A stretch of 64,000 bases of DNA from Blepharisma stoltei ATCC 30299 (Eukaryota; Protista; Ciliophora): positions 124,001-188,000 of the forward strand of contig CBFDEM010000044.1 in the NCBI GenBank assembly GCA_965603825.1, written 5' to 3'. Under the pieces are notes generated by a model. That model ran no database searches. It had not been told where the DNA came from and saw nothing but the letters and a program-made list of their open reading frames with translations. A program made the translations under genes and the position numbers. Shown one piece after another: positions 37,099 to 49,479 of the stretch. Each line of letters opens with the position of its first letter. Position 1 is the first letter of the stretch.

Positions 37099-40000
37099 TT
37101 AGGAAGAAAGAGCATTAAACAAATAGTCACCACAAACAACCCAAGGAAAAAGTCTGTATGGAGGATTATTTTTATGAGCTATTTTATATATTGCTGAAGC
37201 AAGCTCCATACTAGCTTTCTGCTCAAATATTTCTCTGTATTTTTCAACTATTTTATTTGACAAATAAGTAAGAATTTCTCTCATTTCTTCTTGTCTTTTT
37301 CTTTTTTTATGATATTTTGACATAGTTACAGGCTGTGCTATCAGCATTTCAATTTCAGTCCTTATCCCATACTGATCTAGCAAAATCTGCAAGTCCCTTT
37401 TATATCTCGCAAAAATCTCTTTTGCATTGCCTTTTTCACGCTTATATCCTTCAACTATTAATTTTTGATTTATTCCTGGGATACTTTCCTTAGGTAATTC
37501 TACAATTTTCCTGTATAATTTCCCTAATATTTTTTGTGATTGATAGTAATTCATATCTTTTTTTTCCATAAAATCAGGGAATGCTTGTGGTTGTAACTCT
37601 TTAGGTATAGTAACGGTGTTTCCGGTTTTAGCGAAATCAACAGCCACAGAATGAAGCTCGCAAAGTTCTATGCATTTTTCATCAAATGCATAGTTTTTGC
37701 TTGCATCAGCTAATGCTAAATGAGCATTATCAATTTGCCCAAGCCTATCATTTGCTATGAATAATGAAAAAAAATATATTAAAGTTGTAAAATCGTAAGG
37801 GCCTGGCTCTTTTTTAGGCTTTGCAGTATCATACTCCATAGGATGAGCATAGTGAGGAGGAATTAACCGAATGTCCCATGTAATGAAATATAAATCGCCA
37901 TCAAGATCTGAGCCTGAACATTCATTAGTATGTGGTCTCTCTCCTTTTTGAGGAAAAACAACTACATGGTAAAGATGATGCAATTCTGGATGATTAACTG
38001 CCATTAAAATTCTGATATCTCCAGGGTGTAAACAAGGATTTTTAGCTACTACAACAAGCCCTTCGACAATTCCTCCTTCTTGTGTTTGTAGGAACACTTC
38101 TCCATAATTCAATAATCCTTTTTCGTCTAGCACACCCATAAGACACCCTGATTTTCTTATCCATATTCTTTGCTTTTTTTTAAGCTCTTCTAATGATCTT
38201 GTAATCAATAACTCTTTTAACTCTCCAAAAATTGGCTCTCTAGGGTAATCCATTAGCCTTTCTAAGCACTGAACAGTTAGGTTCCCTCTACTTACTCCTC
38301 TGATATACTCTATGTATGATTTTAAGTCACTTCTAAGTGTCTCTAGCATTTCTTCTTGCAAAATATCAAAAGTACTATCAGGAACTCCTAAAGTGCTTAG
38401 CAGCATAATAAGTTGTCTATTTAAATATCCAAATCTGAATTCAGCTGGGTTCAGAAGCTCTAAATCTCTAATCTTAGATTCAAACTTTACTTGGCTTGGC
38501 CTTAAATATACCACAGAGCCAGTTAAAGTGTCATCAAGTGCAATCACACCTTTGCATCCTCCAAGCCTAATCTGAAAAGCACACGCTCTGCATCCTGCAA
38601 GTGTATTAATTGCAGTAACCAAATCTTGTGAAACCTTCCCTATCCCATCGCTAAAAGTATATTTCTTATTCTCAGTTTTAATATCTTTAATACGTATAAT
38701 TTGGTCTTCGGCCAATGTCATCATAAATCGGCTTGCTGAGAACGACTGCCCTACCCTTGCCACATATTTACCAGGACAATCAATCTGAGAAAAGTCTCCA
38801 AGTTTTTTTCGTATTTTTTCGCCATTAACTTCTTCAGTCTGATGAAGCATTCATGCTGAATGCTCTTTAAGCTGAGAAGCGCTAAATCCTAATACTTGAT
38901 AAGATTTTCCAGCAAAATTAAGGCAAGCCAGTAATGATTCAACCCTTTTTTTTAAGTCGTCAGGGTATGGAAGAATTTTATTGAGATTTTCGTCAGTAAA
39001 AGAAACTCTTAACAAGTTTTCTTTGTCTTCATAAAAATAGCGTCTCGTTACACGATTTGATAGCTCAGGCTCTCCTGCGAGTGCATAAAAGGTAGTTGGG
39101 GTTATCAAAAGTCTATTAATTGTTTCGTAGCCTTCTGCAATTTTTACAGGAAATTCTGTATTTTCACAATATACTTCATTAAATAGTTCTTCAAATTGTG
39201 GTATAGACCTGATTGCGAAATTTCTTTGACTATTTATTATTCATTTTAAAGTATCAACAACTTTTGGCTGATTTAAAGATGCAAGGTTTGATAAAAAATC
39301 TCTAGTTAACTCAAATAAAGAAATATAGCATAAGCTGAGAATACTATAAAGCATAAATTTTGTTTGGAATGAGACTTGGAGAGAATTTATTTCATGAGAT
39401 GTGATTAAATTTCTAGGTGATGGAACAGGTGTAGGGTAATTTGGGGTGGTCACAACTGCAGTCGCAAGTGCTTCAAGTAAGCCAGTTTCAAGCTGGCTGA
39501 ATATTGTGAATTGAAAACAAATATTTTTTATTTGGAAACTAAGGAGATCTTCAAAACCGTCAAAAAAGTTTTCTATTCTAACTCAGCTTGGCTCTTGGAT
39601 TCCTAACGTTCAAATTGGAAATTTTTTACTTCTTGGATTTAATTTATAAAGCCTAGGAGGTCTTATACACCTTATAAACGCTCTAAATCCTCCAGCTGCA
39701 TTCATACAAGAGTATTCAATTATATGCTTTAGCGTTATAAGCACTCTATATTTGATTCCACTCTTTATTATCCTTATATCGAGTTTCCTTTTCTGTAGGC
39801 TAATAAAGGATAAGCAAGGTAATGCATAAGAATCTAAAATAACAAATTTATATGAGTTTCCTTCCCATTTAGGTATACCAATATCAAGCCTATTATAAAT
39901 CAAATTTGGAACTATATCATCAAATTTGTAGTTTTCTGGCTTCTGTGGCGGGTCTAAAAGTAAGCGAAAATTTGTAGTCTCTATTTGAGATTCTGAAATC

Positions 40001-40161
40001 TCCTCACGGACTTTTTCTGCATGAAAAGTTATAAAAGAAAATCCTTTTTCATTCGTTCTTATTCTGAGGATAAGTCCAAATCTTACCAAAAAATCACGAA
40101 GATCTAAAGAGTCTCATTCTTTGGGGTATCCCCTTATCATTCTTTCTATCACTTGTACCAT
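37099..40161 (-). CDS. Cellular (RNAi-type) RNA-dependent RNA polymerase (~1020 aa)
   Basis: SGSDLDGDLYFITWD catalytic loop, FSDGIGKVS, FQIRLGGCKG, KNPCLHPGDIR, SQLKEHSA-W(TGA); N-terminal RRM-like part; five TGA join four ORF fragments. Confidence 0.95.
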
Positions 40162-40197
40162 CTTTATTCCCTCAGTTAAATTTTATAAAACTTTAAA

Positions 40198-42252
40198 TTA
40201 TACAATAGACCAACCTCCATTAGCTGCAGTCACTTTTATTTTGGCAATTTTCCTACTCCTATTGAACTCTTCAATTTGTTTTTTCTTCTCTTCTTCTGCT
40301 TTTTTCCTCATAGCTTCAGCTTGTTTCTTTATATCCTCAATTTTCGCCAATTCCTGAAACCTCTTAATTTCTTCTAATTTTTTGGCTTCATCAATTTTTT
40401 TCCTCCTCATAGCTTCTTTCAGCTTTTTTTCCCTCAAAATTTCTCGTCTTTTCCTAGTCTCTGCTTCTTTAATCATTCTGAGCTCAATTTCTTTGCGTTT
40501 CTCATACTCCATTTTTTCGATTTCCCTTCTAATCTGCAGCTTTTTTTCGTTTTCAAACTCTTCTAGCCTTGTAATTCTATTATTTATGGCACTGACTTGG
40601 TGCATGGTTTTTTCGAGTTCTTCTTCATTTTCTTCAATATATAGATTGGTATCACTTGGCTGCCTGCGGTTGGGGTGATTTGGTGGTGGCTTTAGGTCGA
40701 GGTTTCGGTCAGTTTCTAATGTGGTGCTTGAAGGGACTTGGCTTAAGTCTGATGATTGGTTTATTTGAATTCTTGGGGATAAAGAATAATGGATACATGG
40801 AAGAGTTATCTTGCAGACTGGGCAGAATGGCTGTAAATATTGTTCTGATTTTTGAGAAAAAGTGGGGCTTCTCCCAGGAGAAGTCATCCCTGGCATAGGA
40901 GTATTAAAGCCTTCTATTAAGACTGGAGAACCTTCCAGATCTGGAGAAGGCGATATAGTTTCTCTTGTATCTGTCATTTCTAAGGTACTTTTCGCTTTAT
41001 ATCTTGCTTTTTCACTGTTTCTATACATATCAGCCATCTGTTTCAGCTGCTCGTTTTCTTCCTTTAGCTCTTTAATTTTTTTCCTCATCTCAAAAAGGTC
41101 ATCAACCTGCTGCTGTGCTGAAAAATTATTTTTTAATTTTTCAATTTCTCGCTTTAAATGGTCTATCATTAAGGCTTGATCTAAATTATTTGTATTTTTC
41201 TTTGATTTTATCATAACTTCTTTCGCCCTATCTGCAAATGTCAAAGTGCTGATAGTTTCTTCAAAATTTTCTGCTGATGGCGAAATTGTGGCTATAAGGA
41301 CAGTTTTGCTGTTTCCTTCTAATGAATCTTGTAGTAGCCTTGTCAGCTTGGAATTTCTATATGGGATATGCGACACATTTTTGCTGGCTAATGCATGGAT
41401 AACTTGTCCTAATGCGCTCAATGACTTATTAATCTGTTTGAGTTCATTTATATGCTCTTCCGCCATTGAGTTTTCTTTATCATATTTTTCAGACCCTGCT
41501 AAATCACAAAAATTGATTTTATTTCTCCTTAAACTGTCACTTTGGTTATTTTCAATAAAAATTTGAAAAATCGTATGAGACCGACTGCTGCTTTGGTTCA
41601 TGCGTGTTTGCCTTATAGCTTTGTGACGGTTTCCTTTTGATAACAAAATTAAGCATTCCTCTTCAGTTTCTACTTCAAATTCTGAAAGACCTTCAATAAA
41701 AATGCCATGGACTTTGTCTTCTCTGATTTTTAGTGCTGTATCTCTTTTAGGGTCTCTTAAAAGGTCATAAATATGCTCGTTATAAATTTGTAAAAAACTG
41801 CTACTAAAGGAGGCAGAAGAGTTTTCAAATTCATTAAAAAGCGAAGAAATGGACCTTGGGATCATACCTATTCGGTTTGTGGCGTATTCGTTTTGATTGT
41901 GTGTGCATCGGGATAACTGTGAATAAGTGGTACATTCCCAGTCATTCCCAAACATAGTGTACGTTTTTCCGGAACCGGTTTGGCCGTAGGTGAAAACAGT
42001 TAAGTTGGATCCTTTTAGTGTATCTTGGAGCACAGGCTCAATAAATTCAAAAATTGTGTCTTGGGTTGCTTTTGGGCTAAAAATTATATCATATGTTCCA
42101 GATATTTCTTGATCTTCGTAGTTTACTTTGATGGACTTATTCTATATAAGTGTTACATCATCTATTGTAAATGTAAGAGCAGAATTTATGTCCATATCCA
42201 GCAGAGGTCTAATCCTGATTGCGACTTTGATGTGACCAGCTTTGGAATCCAT
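40198..42252 (-). CDS. Kinesin motor protein (~679 aa), N-terminal motor
   Basis: IKVAIRIRP, YGQTGSGKTYTM, SSRSH, DLAGSE, HIPYRNSKLTRLLQDSL; first exon joined by intron 42142-42156. Confidence 0.93.
42142..42156 (-). other. 15-nt intron GTAACACTTATATAG
   Basis: In-frame TAG; removal links the kinesin RIRP strand to the rest of the motor. Confidence 0.88.
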
Positions 42253-42821
42253 TTACTTTTTATAAGAGTTTTTAAATACTACAAGTTCGATATGTCATTC
42301 ATCAATTCTCCGTGCTTAAAATTACTGAATAATATTAACATTATAATATTTTTTGGAAATTTTGAGGCAAAGTTCAAAAAATCCTGGCAAGTTTTTGTTT
42401 TTATAAAGAAAATAACTTGAATCCATGGAGTTTATTATGAATAATAATTTTGAAGAAGTTTTGATAAGAAAAAGCAGTATTAAGCTCCATTGAAATGGTG
42501 ACAGTATCCCTTAATAAATTTTTAATTGTTATTATATTTAAAGCGAGAGGAGAAAAACAGAGAGACTCTTCTTACCCAGAATTTGATGATTCAAAATTCT
42601 TAAATAAAGAGTCTATACCAACTCTACCGTTTTCTCATGCTAAACATTATTAGCGTGACTGTTCTTAGTAGAGACATTCTCAATACCTGCCCATATCAAA
42701 TTTTTATTGATGAATTAATAAGCTAAATAATTATAATTAAGAGATAAAAATTAAGGGAAAGTCGAAACAAAAAAACAAACCTGGTTTAATTATTAGAATT
42801 TAAGACTGAAGTAACCTGAAG

Positions 42822-43919
42822 TTAGTGATGTTTTGAGGTAGTTACTGAATATTTTATCAAGAAAAAATCACTGCTTGGTAAGATAACAGCATCTTCAGTT
42901 TCAGCTCAATTATTTTGAAAGCCAGCTATTGTATTATCAATAGGGAGCATTACACTGCATATCATTGTTCCTATTCTCTTAAAACCTTTCTCTAAAACTA
43001 TGCAATTCTTAACTTTCCTCAAACTGCTAAGACAAATTAGTTTTTCGCAAAATCTATCTTTATATTTAAGCTTGTTATTGTTAAAGCGATTCTCTTCGTC
43101 AATTTTTACACACACGTCAAAATCAGAAATTTCATAATTATTCCCATAACGATCATGCCCAATTACATCACGAATGATATTGAAAATATTCTTTCTTGGG
43201 CTGGTATCACTATTTGCCGCATAAGTTGATTTTTTTATAGGTTCACGCTTTATAGCTTCTGCTATTGGAGCCAGTTGATTTGAGCTGGTGCTTTTTATTA
43301 GCGTATATTGATTAATCTTTATAGGACTGTCGTTTGCGATATCAGCTCAAGTTTGGTTAATTTCAATACTGTTAATGCAATTAGGCATTGTATTATTTAT
43401 AGTCCTTCTACTTATGGCTTGAGGATATGTAGTAGGCTCAATTTCACTTGAGCCAACTGTACTATTAATAGCGTTGCAAGGCATTCCTCTATGGCTTTTT
43501 AAGCATAAAGTGCACATTGAGCATGTTTCACAATGATAATCCGAGTAATTATATCATCCTAAACGACTGCAGAAACTGCAAAAATAGAATCAGGTTTGGA
43601 TTTCTTGAAAGCATGGAGCTTTACAAAAATTGTTTATAATTAATTTTTCATTATCAGACACTTTTGGGTTGCATTTTATTAAATGTTTCAAATCTTTTAA
43701 ACTGATTTTAAATACAGTTTGGCACCTATAAGGACATCCTAATTTTGCTATTCATCCATCGTAGCCTTTAGCCCCTGAGCATAATTCACTTCAAAGCTCA
43801 GTTATCATTCGAGCATATAATGAAGATACACAAAGCATGCAAATCTGATGAGAGCAGTCAAGCGGAGCCAAAATTTTCTTAGTTTTACAATTTTGACAAA
43901 TTCCAAAAATCCTTTCCAT
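42822..43919 (-). CDS. RING + IBR-like zinc-finger protein with possible degenerate PARP-like C-terminal domain (~365 aa)
   Basis: Open ATG..TAA only if six TGA are Trp; CQNC..DCSHQICMLC..CPYRC (RING1-like) and CSFC..HCETCSMCTLCLKSHRGMPC (IBR-like). Confidence 0.75.
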
Positions 43920-43970
43920 TTTCTATCTATAAATTATTTTACAATAAGCAATGGATTTTACTAATCATAA

Positions 43971-46202
43971 TTATTTTTTCTTCCGATAAACTTCCAGCCC
44001 ATTTGGTTTCTTCTTTGCTGGCTTTACAGGCTTGGCTGCCACAGATTTCTTCGATAATCCATCTTCAATTATTTTCCCATTAATCATAAGTCCCATCCCA
44101 GGGGCTGGGCCTAAGTCTGGTTTTGGCTGGGTGTTTTCTACCTTAGTTTTTATATCATTTTCTTGTTGTTTTTTAATAAGTCCTTTCCCTTTTAGCATAA
44201 AATCAACTGGGCTTTCAGTTTGGTCAATATCGGCAGAAACCTTACTTGTTGCTAACAAAAGCTCGCTTGTTTCAAAATCCTCGTCCTCACAAGGCATTTC
44301 TTCTTCCTCATCTAAAGGCTCAGTAAAGTCGTAGCCGTCTAATTTAAGCTCTTCTTCTGAAATTTCTTTGATTTCTTCAACCTCTTCTTCAGTAGGAGGG
44401 ACTATTGTATCGATTTTATTCCACAATGAAGACCCTGACTAAAAATTACCATCATCAATCCCTTGCTCTTCCAGTAGCTTTTTTTGTGCTAGCACCAAAT
44501 TCTGCAAATCCGTTATGGTCTTTTCTTGGATCAGCAGCTGCAGCTCTAATTCTACATTTGTCTGCTCCAAAATATGGCTTTTTATCAATAGTTCCAAAAA
44601 GTCTCTTTTATCTTGCAATCTGACCCTGGACACAATAGAATCCCTAATCTGTTTCCCTCTCCCCATATTCTCTTGAAGCTGCTGCAGCATTAATTCTTTC
44701 CTCTGTGTATTTTTATCCTAATTCTCCCTTACAGTACTCGCCTTCAGCATCTGTATATCTTTAAACTGTTTTCTCACATGTGGAGGTACCGCGGACAACG
44801 GTCTTCCTTCTACATATTTCGGAAGCTCTTTTAATTCTTCTTGCTTTTTCCAAATCAGCACCTCTGCTTGCCTTCTTTTAATTTCCAGCGCATTTAGCGA
44901 ATTTTGTTCTTCAAGCTCTAATAAAGCTCGTCTCAGCTGGATTCTTTCTTGGAAATTTTCGAAAATTTCGGCTTGGAGCTTTTTCATTTCGATGTCTTCT
45001 TCAAGCCGTCGGCATGTACATTTAATTTCGCCGTCTGAAGAAGGAGGCTGGCTTGGCATAGGACTGTGGTGAAGCTGGGTTTTTAAGGACTCTATTTCGC
45101 TACGAAGGTCAGAGATGATGTTTTTATATTCAGTTATGTGGAGAGCGACTAGCTTTTTGTTAGCTTGAACCTTGTATTTTATGTTTTTGGCACGGCTGGC
45201 GTATTTGAGAGTATTAGCAGATTCTTCGAATTGTGAAGAAGCAGGGGAGATGTTAGAAATCATGACAGTTTTGCAGTTACCGCCAAGAGAGTCTTTGAGC
45301 ATCCTTGTAAGCTTGGAGTCTCTATAAGGGACAAAAAAGCCTTTTTTGGATTTATCGCCAAGTGCGTTTATACAGTTCGCTAAGGCTAGTAGAGATCTAT
45401 TGATTTTTGAGCCTTCGAAAAGTCTCATTCCTCTGTTTTCAGTCACATTTCCTCTTTCAGAGCCAGCCAAATCAATTAGTGACAATTTCCCCTGAAAAAC
45501 ATCCAAAACTGTATTAGTGACCCTATCCCTTTGTGAAATCATAGCTTGGAACACTGCATGAGACCTTGACGAGGTCTGGTTTGCATTGGTGGCTTCAGTT
45601 GTTCTTCTTTTATTTCCTGCTGTAATTAAGCTCATCACTTGTTCAGTGCTTTCAGCTGTAAACTCAGAAACCCCTGCAATCACAACACCTCGAGTAGGGT
45701 CATCTCTCAAATCCAAATACCCTGAATTTGGGATTAATAGATCTCTGATGGCTTCATTATAAATTTCTACATATGAAATTTTGATTTCGTAGATTTTATC
45801 AGAGTCTGATTGGACTTTTTCAAACATTTCACGGATTGTGAGGACAGCTATGCCTGGGTCTTCAGTGGTCCCGATCATTGTATATGTTTTTCCAGAGCCA
45901 GTTGGACCGTATGCGAAAACACATGCATTTATCCCAGATAAAGCAGGCTGAATAAGGTCTGAGACTGTATTCATAAATACAATTTCATTGCTCACATCTT
46001 GGAAGATTTTGTCGAAAATGTACCTTTTCTCCCTCGACCTATGAAGAATGTTTTTCCTATCTTCGAAGTCATTCATATCAAGCATTATTAATAAGTTGTC
46101 TTCCACTCTTACTATACTTCGATCATTATTTAAAATTTCTTTTTGGTTGAGAGGCCTGATACGTATTGCAACCAGCATATTCTTCGCATCAATTTCATTC
46201 AT
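43971..46202 (-). CDS. Kinesin-8 family motor (KIF18/KIF19-like, ~733 aa)
   Basis: MLVAIRIRP, YGPTGSGKTYTM, TEATNANQTSSRSHAV, LIDLAGSER, INRSLLALANCINAL; two 15-nt introns join three fragments. Confidence 0.92.
44435..44449 (-). other. 15-nt intron GTAATTTTTAGTCAG
   Basis: Phase 1, contains in-frame TAG; joins ORFs 44439..44690 and 43971..44426. Confidence 0.8.
44718..44732 (-). other. 15-nt intron GTAAGGGAGAATTAG
   Basis: Terminal TAG is the apparent stop of ORF 44718..46202; removal continues the coiled coil. Confidence 0.82.
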
Positions 46203-46297
46203 TTTTATATGAAACCAAAATGAGGAATTTAAATAAGCAGAATATGAATTTAATGGAAAAAATGAATTTTGCGGAAGAGTTAAGGTAAAATTAAGAG

Positions 46298-47935
46298 TTA
46301 GGAGGCTTCCAGCATGTTTTCGTCACGCTTTGTTATAGCTTCGATAATCTCGTTTTTTAGGAGCTCAAGGTTACGTAAGCTTTCTTGCATTTTATATTCG
46401 TTAAAAGTGGAGCTAAATAAAAGTTACTCGTTAAGCTGGTCTTGGAGCAGAGAAATTACGTTGTGGACTTTATCAGCAAATGGGTTTTTAGTTTTTGAAG
46501 ATTTTTTAGGAGATGGGCTGCTTTCATTAGGCTTCATAAGCTCGTCTGAAGGGTGAATATTACTTTTTTCATCTTCAGGCGCTTTTGGGGCTGTTTTTAT
46601 GTCTTCTTCAGCTCTGAGTGGGTCATTTATTTTGGATTGGCTCGTAATAACTCTTGGAATCTCAGATCTTGGCTTAGGCTGGACTAATGGTTTTCCTTCA
46701 ATTATTCTGTCTTTATAAGCAATCCCTAAAGCAATAATAATATGTATATCTTCTACTGGAGGAAACTTTAAAAGCCTTCTCAAAATCCCAGTCCCATCAC
46801 TCTGCAATAGCGAAATCCTCACAAACACAATCATCGCTACACAAATAAAATCAAGCAAAATCAGCTCTCTATCAAAATTTATTTTCCCCGTCACAATTTC
46901 TCCTCTATTTTCTACATTCACCCCAAAGCTAGCAAAAAGTGCATCCCAAATGATCAGCGTATCTGCAAACGTAAACTCCCTGCTCAGCATACACCTTAAA
47001 TACCTTTGCAAATACATTTGCGGCTCTATTTTTTGTCTTTCTAAATGGTTATAAAGTTCACTATCAATAGCTTTTAGCAGCCTATGGTGTATTAAATGGC
47101 ATCTTTTTAGAATTGTGGAGGCATTATCATGAAAAGTTTTATCTTGGTTTACCAGCTCATTATGTTCTAATTCTGCATCCCAGGAAAATAAATTATTTTT
47201 TTTATTGTCATTTCGCTTTTGGTTTACTACAGGGTTAAAAAGTTCCATAATCCCTAAATCCATGACTCTTGAAAAAATCCAAAAAATATCAGCTTCCATG
47301 TGCCTAGAGTCGTTAAAAATTTCTAAAAACCTTTTGGAGTCTTCTTCAATGCCTTCAATAGACTGGCTTACTTGCTCTGCGTAAGCTATAAATACAATGA
47401 TTCCTAGGAGCTCGTGCATCCCTTGCTTATATGACAGCTCAGGATGCTGCTTGGATCATATAAAGAGAACTCCGACCATGATGTCTTTGACTTTTTGTAA
47501 AGTAAACAGCTGTTTTTCTTGAAAACACCTGTCCACGTCTTGCCTTATCAGCTGCTTCAGATGATTATTTTCGTGAAAATTATTCCAAGGGTTCTAGCTA
47601 GATCTTACTTCTTTTGCTGAAGAAAGTGGGTTGAAAATGAGAGGGTCTAGGTTTTCTGTTTTAATTTTCTAAATATTCTATACATTATGTGATTCCGCAA
47701 TTGTATAGTAATCGTGGCGGAGCTTTTCTGTAATATTTGCCCAGTCTTCTAATGATCGTGATTCTGGAAGAATTCCTAAAAATATTCGCCAACTTAAAAA
47801 CCTATTGTGAAGGGAGCCTAAATGCCCATCTAGAGCAATATGTCGGAGATCTTGGTAATTTTCTTTTTTGACGAAGATAGTTTCGAATATTTTGGGGTTA
47901 AGATGATAATCAGGAGGTATGATATCTTCATCCAT
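46298..47935 (-). CDS. TBC-domain Rab GAP, TBC1D5-like (~530 aa)
   Basis: RFLSWRIFLG, NPLS, IRQDVDRCF, YKQGMHELL, EADIFWIF, LRCMLSREF..IWDALF; three 15-nt introns and one TGA. Confidence 0.9.
46413..46427 (-). other. 15-nt intron GTAACTTTTATTTAG
   Basis: Phase 2, creates in-frame TAA; removal adds a 37-aa helical tail ending TAA at 46298. Confidence 0.75.
47594..47608 (-). other. 15-nt intron GTAAGATCTAGCTAG
   Basis: In-frame TAG; removal gives NPLSSAKE-NPWNNF as in TBC1D5. Confidence 0.85.
47669..47683 (-). other. 15-nt intron GTATAGAATATTTAG
   Basis: Two in-frame TAG; removal joins TBC exons. Confidence 0.85.
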
Positions 47936-47949
47936 TTTATATTTAATAA

Positions 47950-49479
47950 ATGAACCCAAAGCTGCTTTTCTGCTCATTTCTTGCTGCAATTCTGGCTGCA
48001 AAAGATGACCCAAGTAAAGTCTATTTAGATGTACTCAGGGGCAAATGGGAGCTTATACCAATTATACCGGATTTAGTTGATGGCACCACATATTTTCCTG
48101 CATATATTGATGATACTCCTAATGAAGCTGATGCCACGATAGATATGTTTATTTTTCAGCCAGGACTTGATGCATACTGAATATCGTCTATTCGTGGCTC
48201 AAGTACTAGCGAAGAGCTTAAACATATAGCAGACAGCTATTTTAGCATTGCAAAAGTTTCATATTTCGATAATGATGCATACCCAGATCTACTTATTTGT
48301 ACAGCCGTAAAGCATAATTAGGATAGAAGAACTCTAAGGTTTTTGAAAAACAATGTTAGAGCTAATATCGAGGCCCAGAAAAGAGAACAAATAAACCCTG
48401 AGCATATAGATCCAAGCGATAAGCTTGATGACTGGTCTAAAACAGAGCTATATACAGTCATAAGAAACTCAAAAATTATGGATTTCACTGTGGCAGATGT
48501 AAATCATGACGGAATTCCAGATATCATCTTAGCAGTCTGTCAAAAAGAAGGAGCCTGTACAATGGTAGAACTGATTTTTTCAGACACAGAAAAGCTTATA
48601 TATACTTCTCTTGAGCTTTGGTTTGATAATAGCGGCATTCTGCAGATTTTAAGCGCCAACGACTTAAATAGCGACGGAGTCACTGATGTTTTATATCTAT
48701 CTCAAGACCATACCATAAGTTATGTAGAAAACCATGACCCAGTCTATAATTCAGCTTTTCTCATAAACACTCTTTCTAATAACACAAATTACATCAAGAG
48801 ATTTACCGACCTTGATTTAAATGAAGACGGAAATATAGATTTTATATATACAGAAGACCAAAAAGTAGTTCTACTCACAAGGGTTGAAGGCCTATGGAAG
48901 CAGGAAATTATATATCAAGGGCCATTTGTGGACTCAATGGTATTTGAAATCACAAGGTCTGGCAGTAACGACATAATGCTACTTTTTGAAAACGAAGTGA
49001 AATGGCTTTCACAAACCCCCATTTCGGAAGCCAAAAATGAAGAATTCAGCTTTACATGGACGAATAATAAAGTAGTATATGGGTATAAGGAGTTTCTGCT
49101 GGAGTTTAAAGATACTCATAAATGGGCAAGCTTTTTGGTGACTGTAAAATATATGTAGAATCTAGTGAAAAAAGGGACTATAGATATTATAATGTACTCT
49201 GAAGAGGAAGGGAGTTTGTATTGGGGAAGAAAAGAAAAGCTGAATTTAGAAGGATTGGGGTGGGATCCGAATTTCTGGATTTATTTGTCGTCGTATGTCA
49301 TTATTATGTCGATGGCAGCTGGATTGTTCCATGCGTATTATATTGAGAAATTGAATAAGGAGCATCAGAAAATTTTAGAAGGACAACATCCGTCTGATCT
49401 TAGTGAGGAATGGAAAAAGAAACTGGAGATGATGACTCCACAAGAGAAAAGGCAGCATTTTAGGAAAACCACGTTTTAG
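47950..49479 (+). CDS. FG-GAP repeat type I membrane protein (~499 aa)
   Basis: Signal peptide MNPKLLFCSFLAAILAA; DNDAYPDL, DVNHDGIPDI, DLNSDGVTDV, DLNEDGNIDF Ca-binding repeats; C-terminal TM; one TGA and two introns. Confidence 0.85.
48307..48321 (+). other. 15-nt intron GTAAAGCATAATTAG
   Basis: In-frame TAG; removal joins FG-GAP exons. Confidence 0.85.
49144..49158 (+). other. 15-nt intron GTAAAATATATGTAG
   Basis: In-frame TAG; removal joins ORFs 48343..49158 and 49165..49479. Confidence 0.85.

Noticed and set aside
6943-40161. Fragmented ORFs (Rav1, PLD, channel, RdRP) as pseudogenes
   Set aside because: All fragments of each gene share one frame and the gaps I read contain only TGA, often at conserved Trp; no frameshifts.
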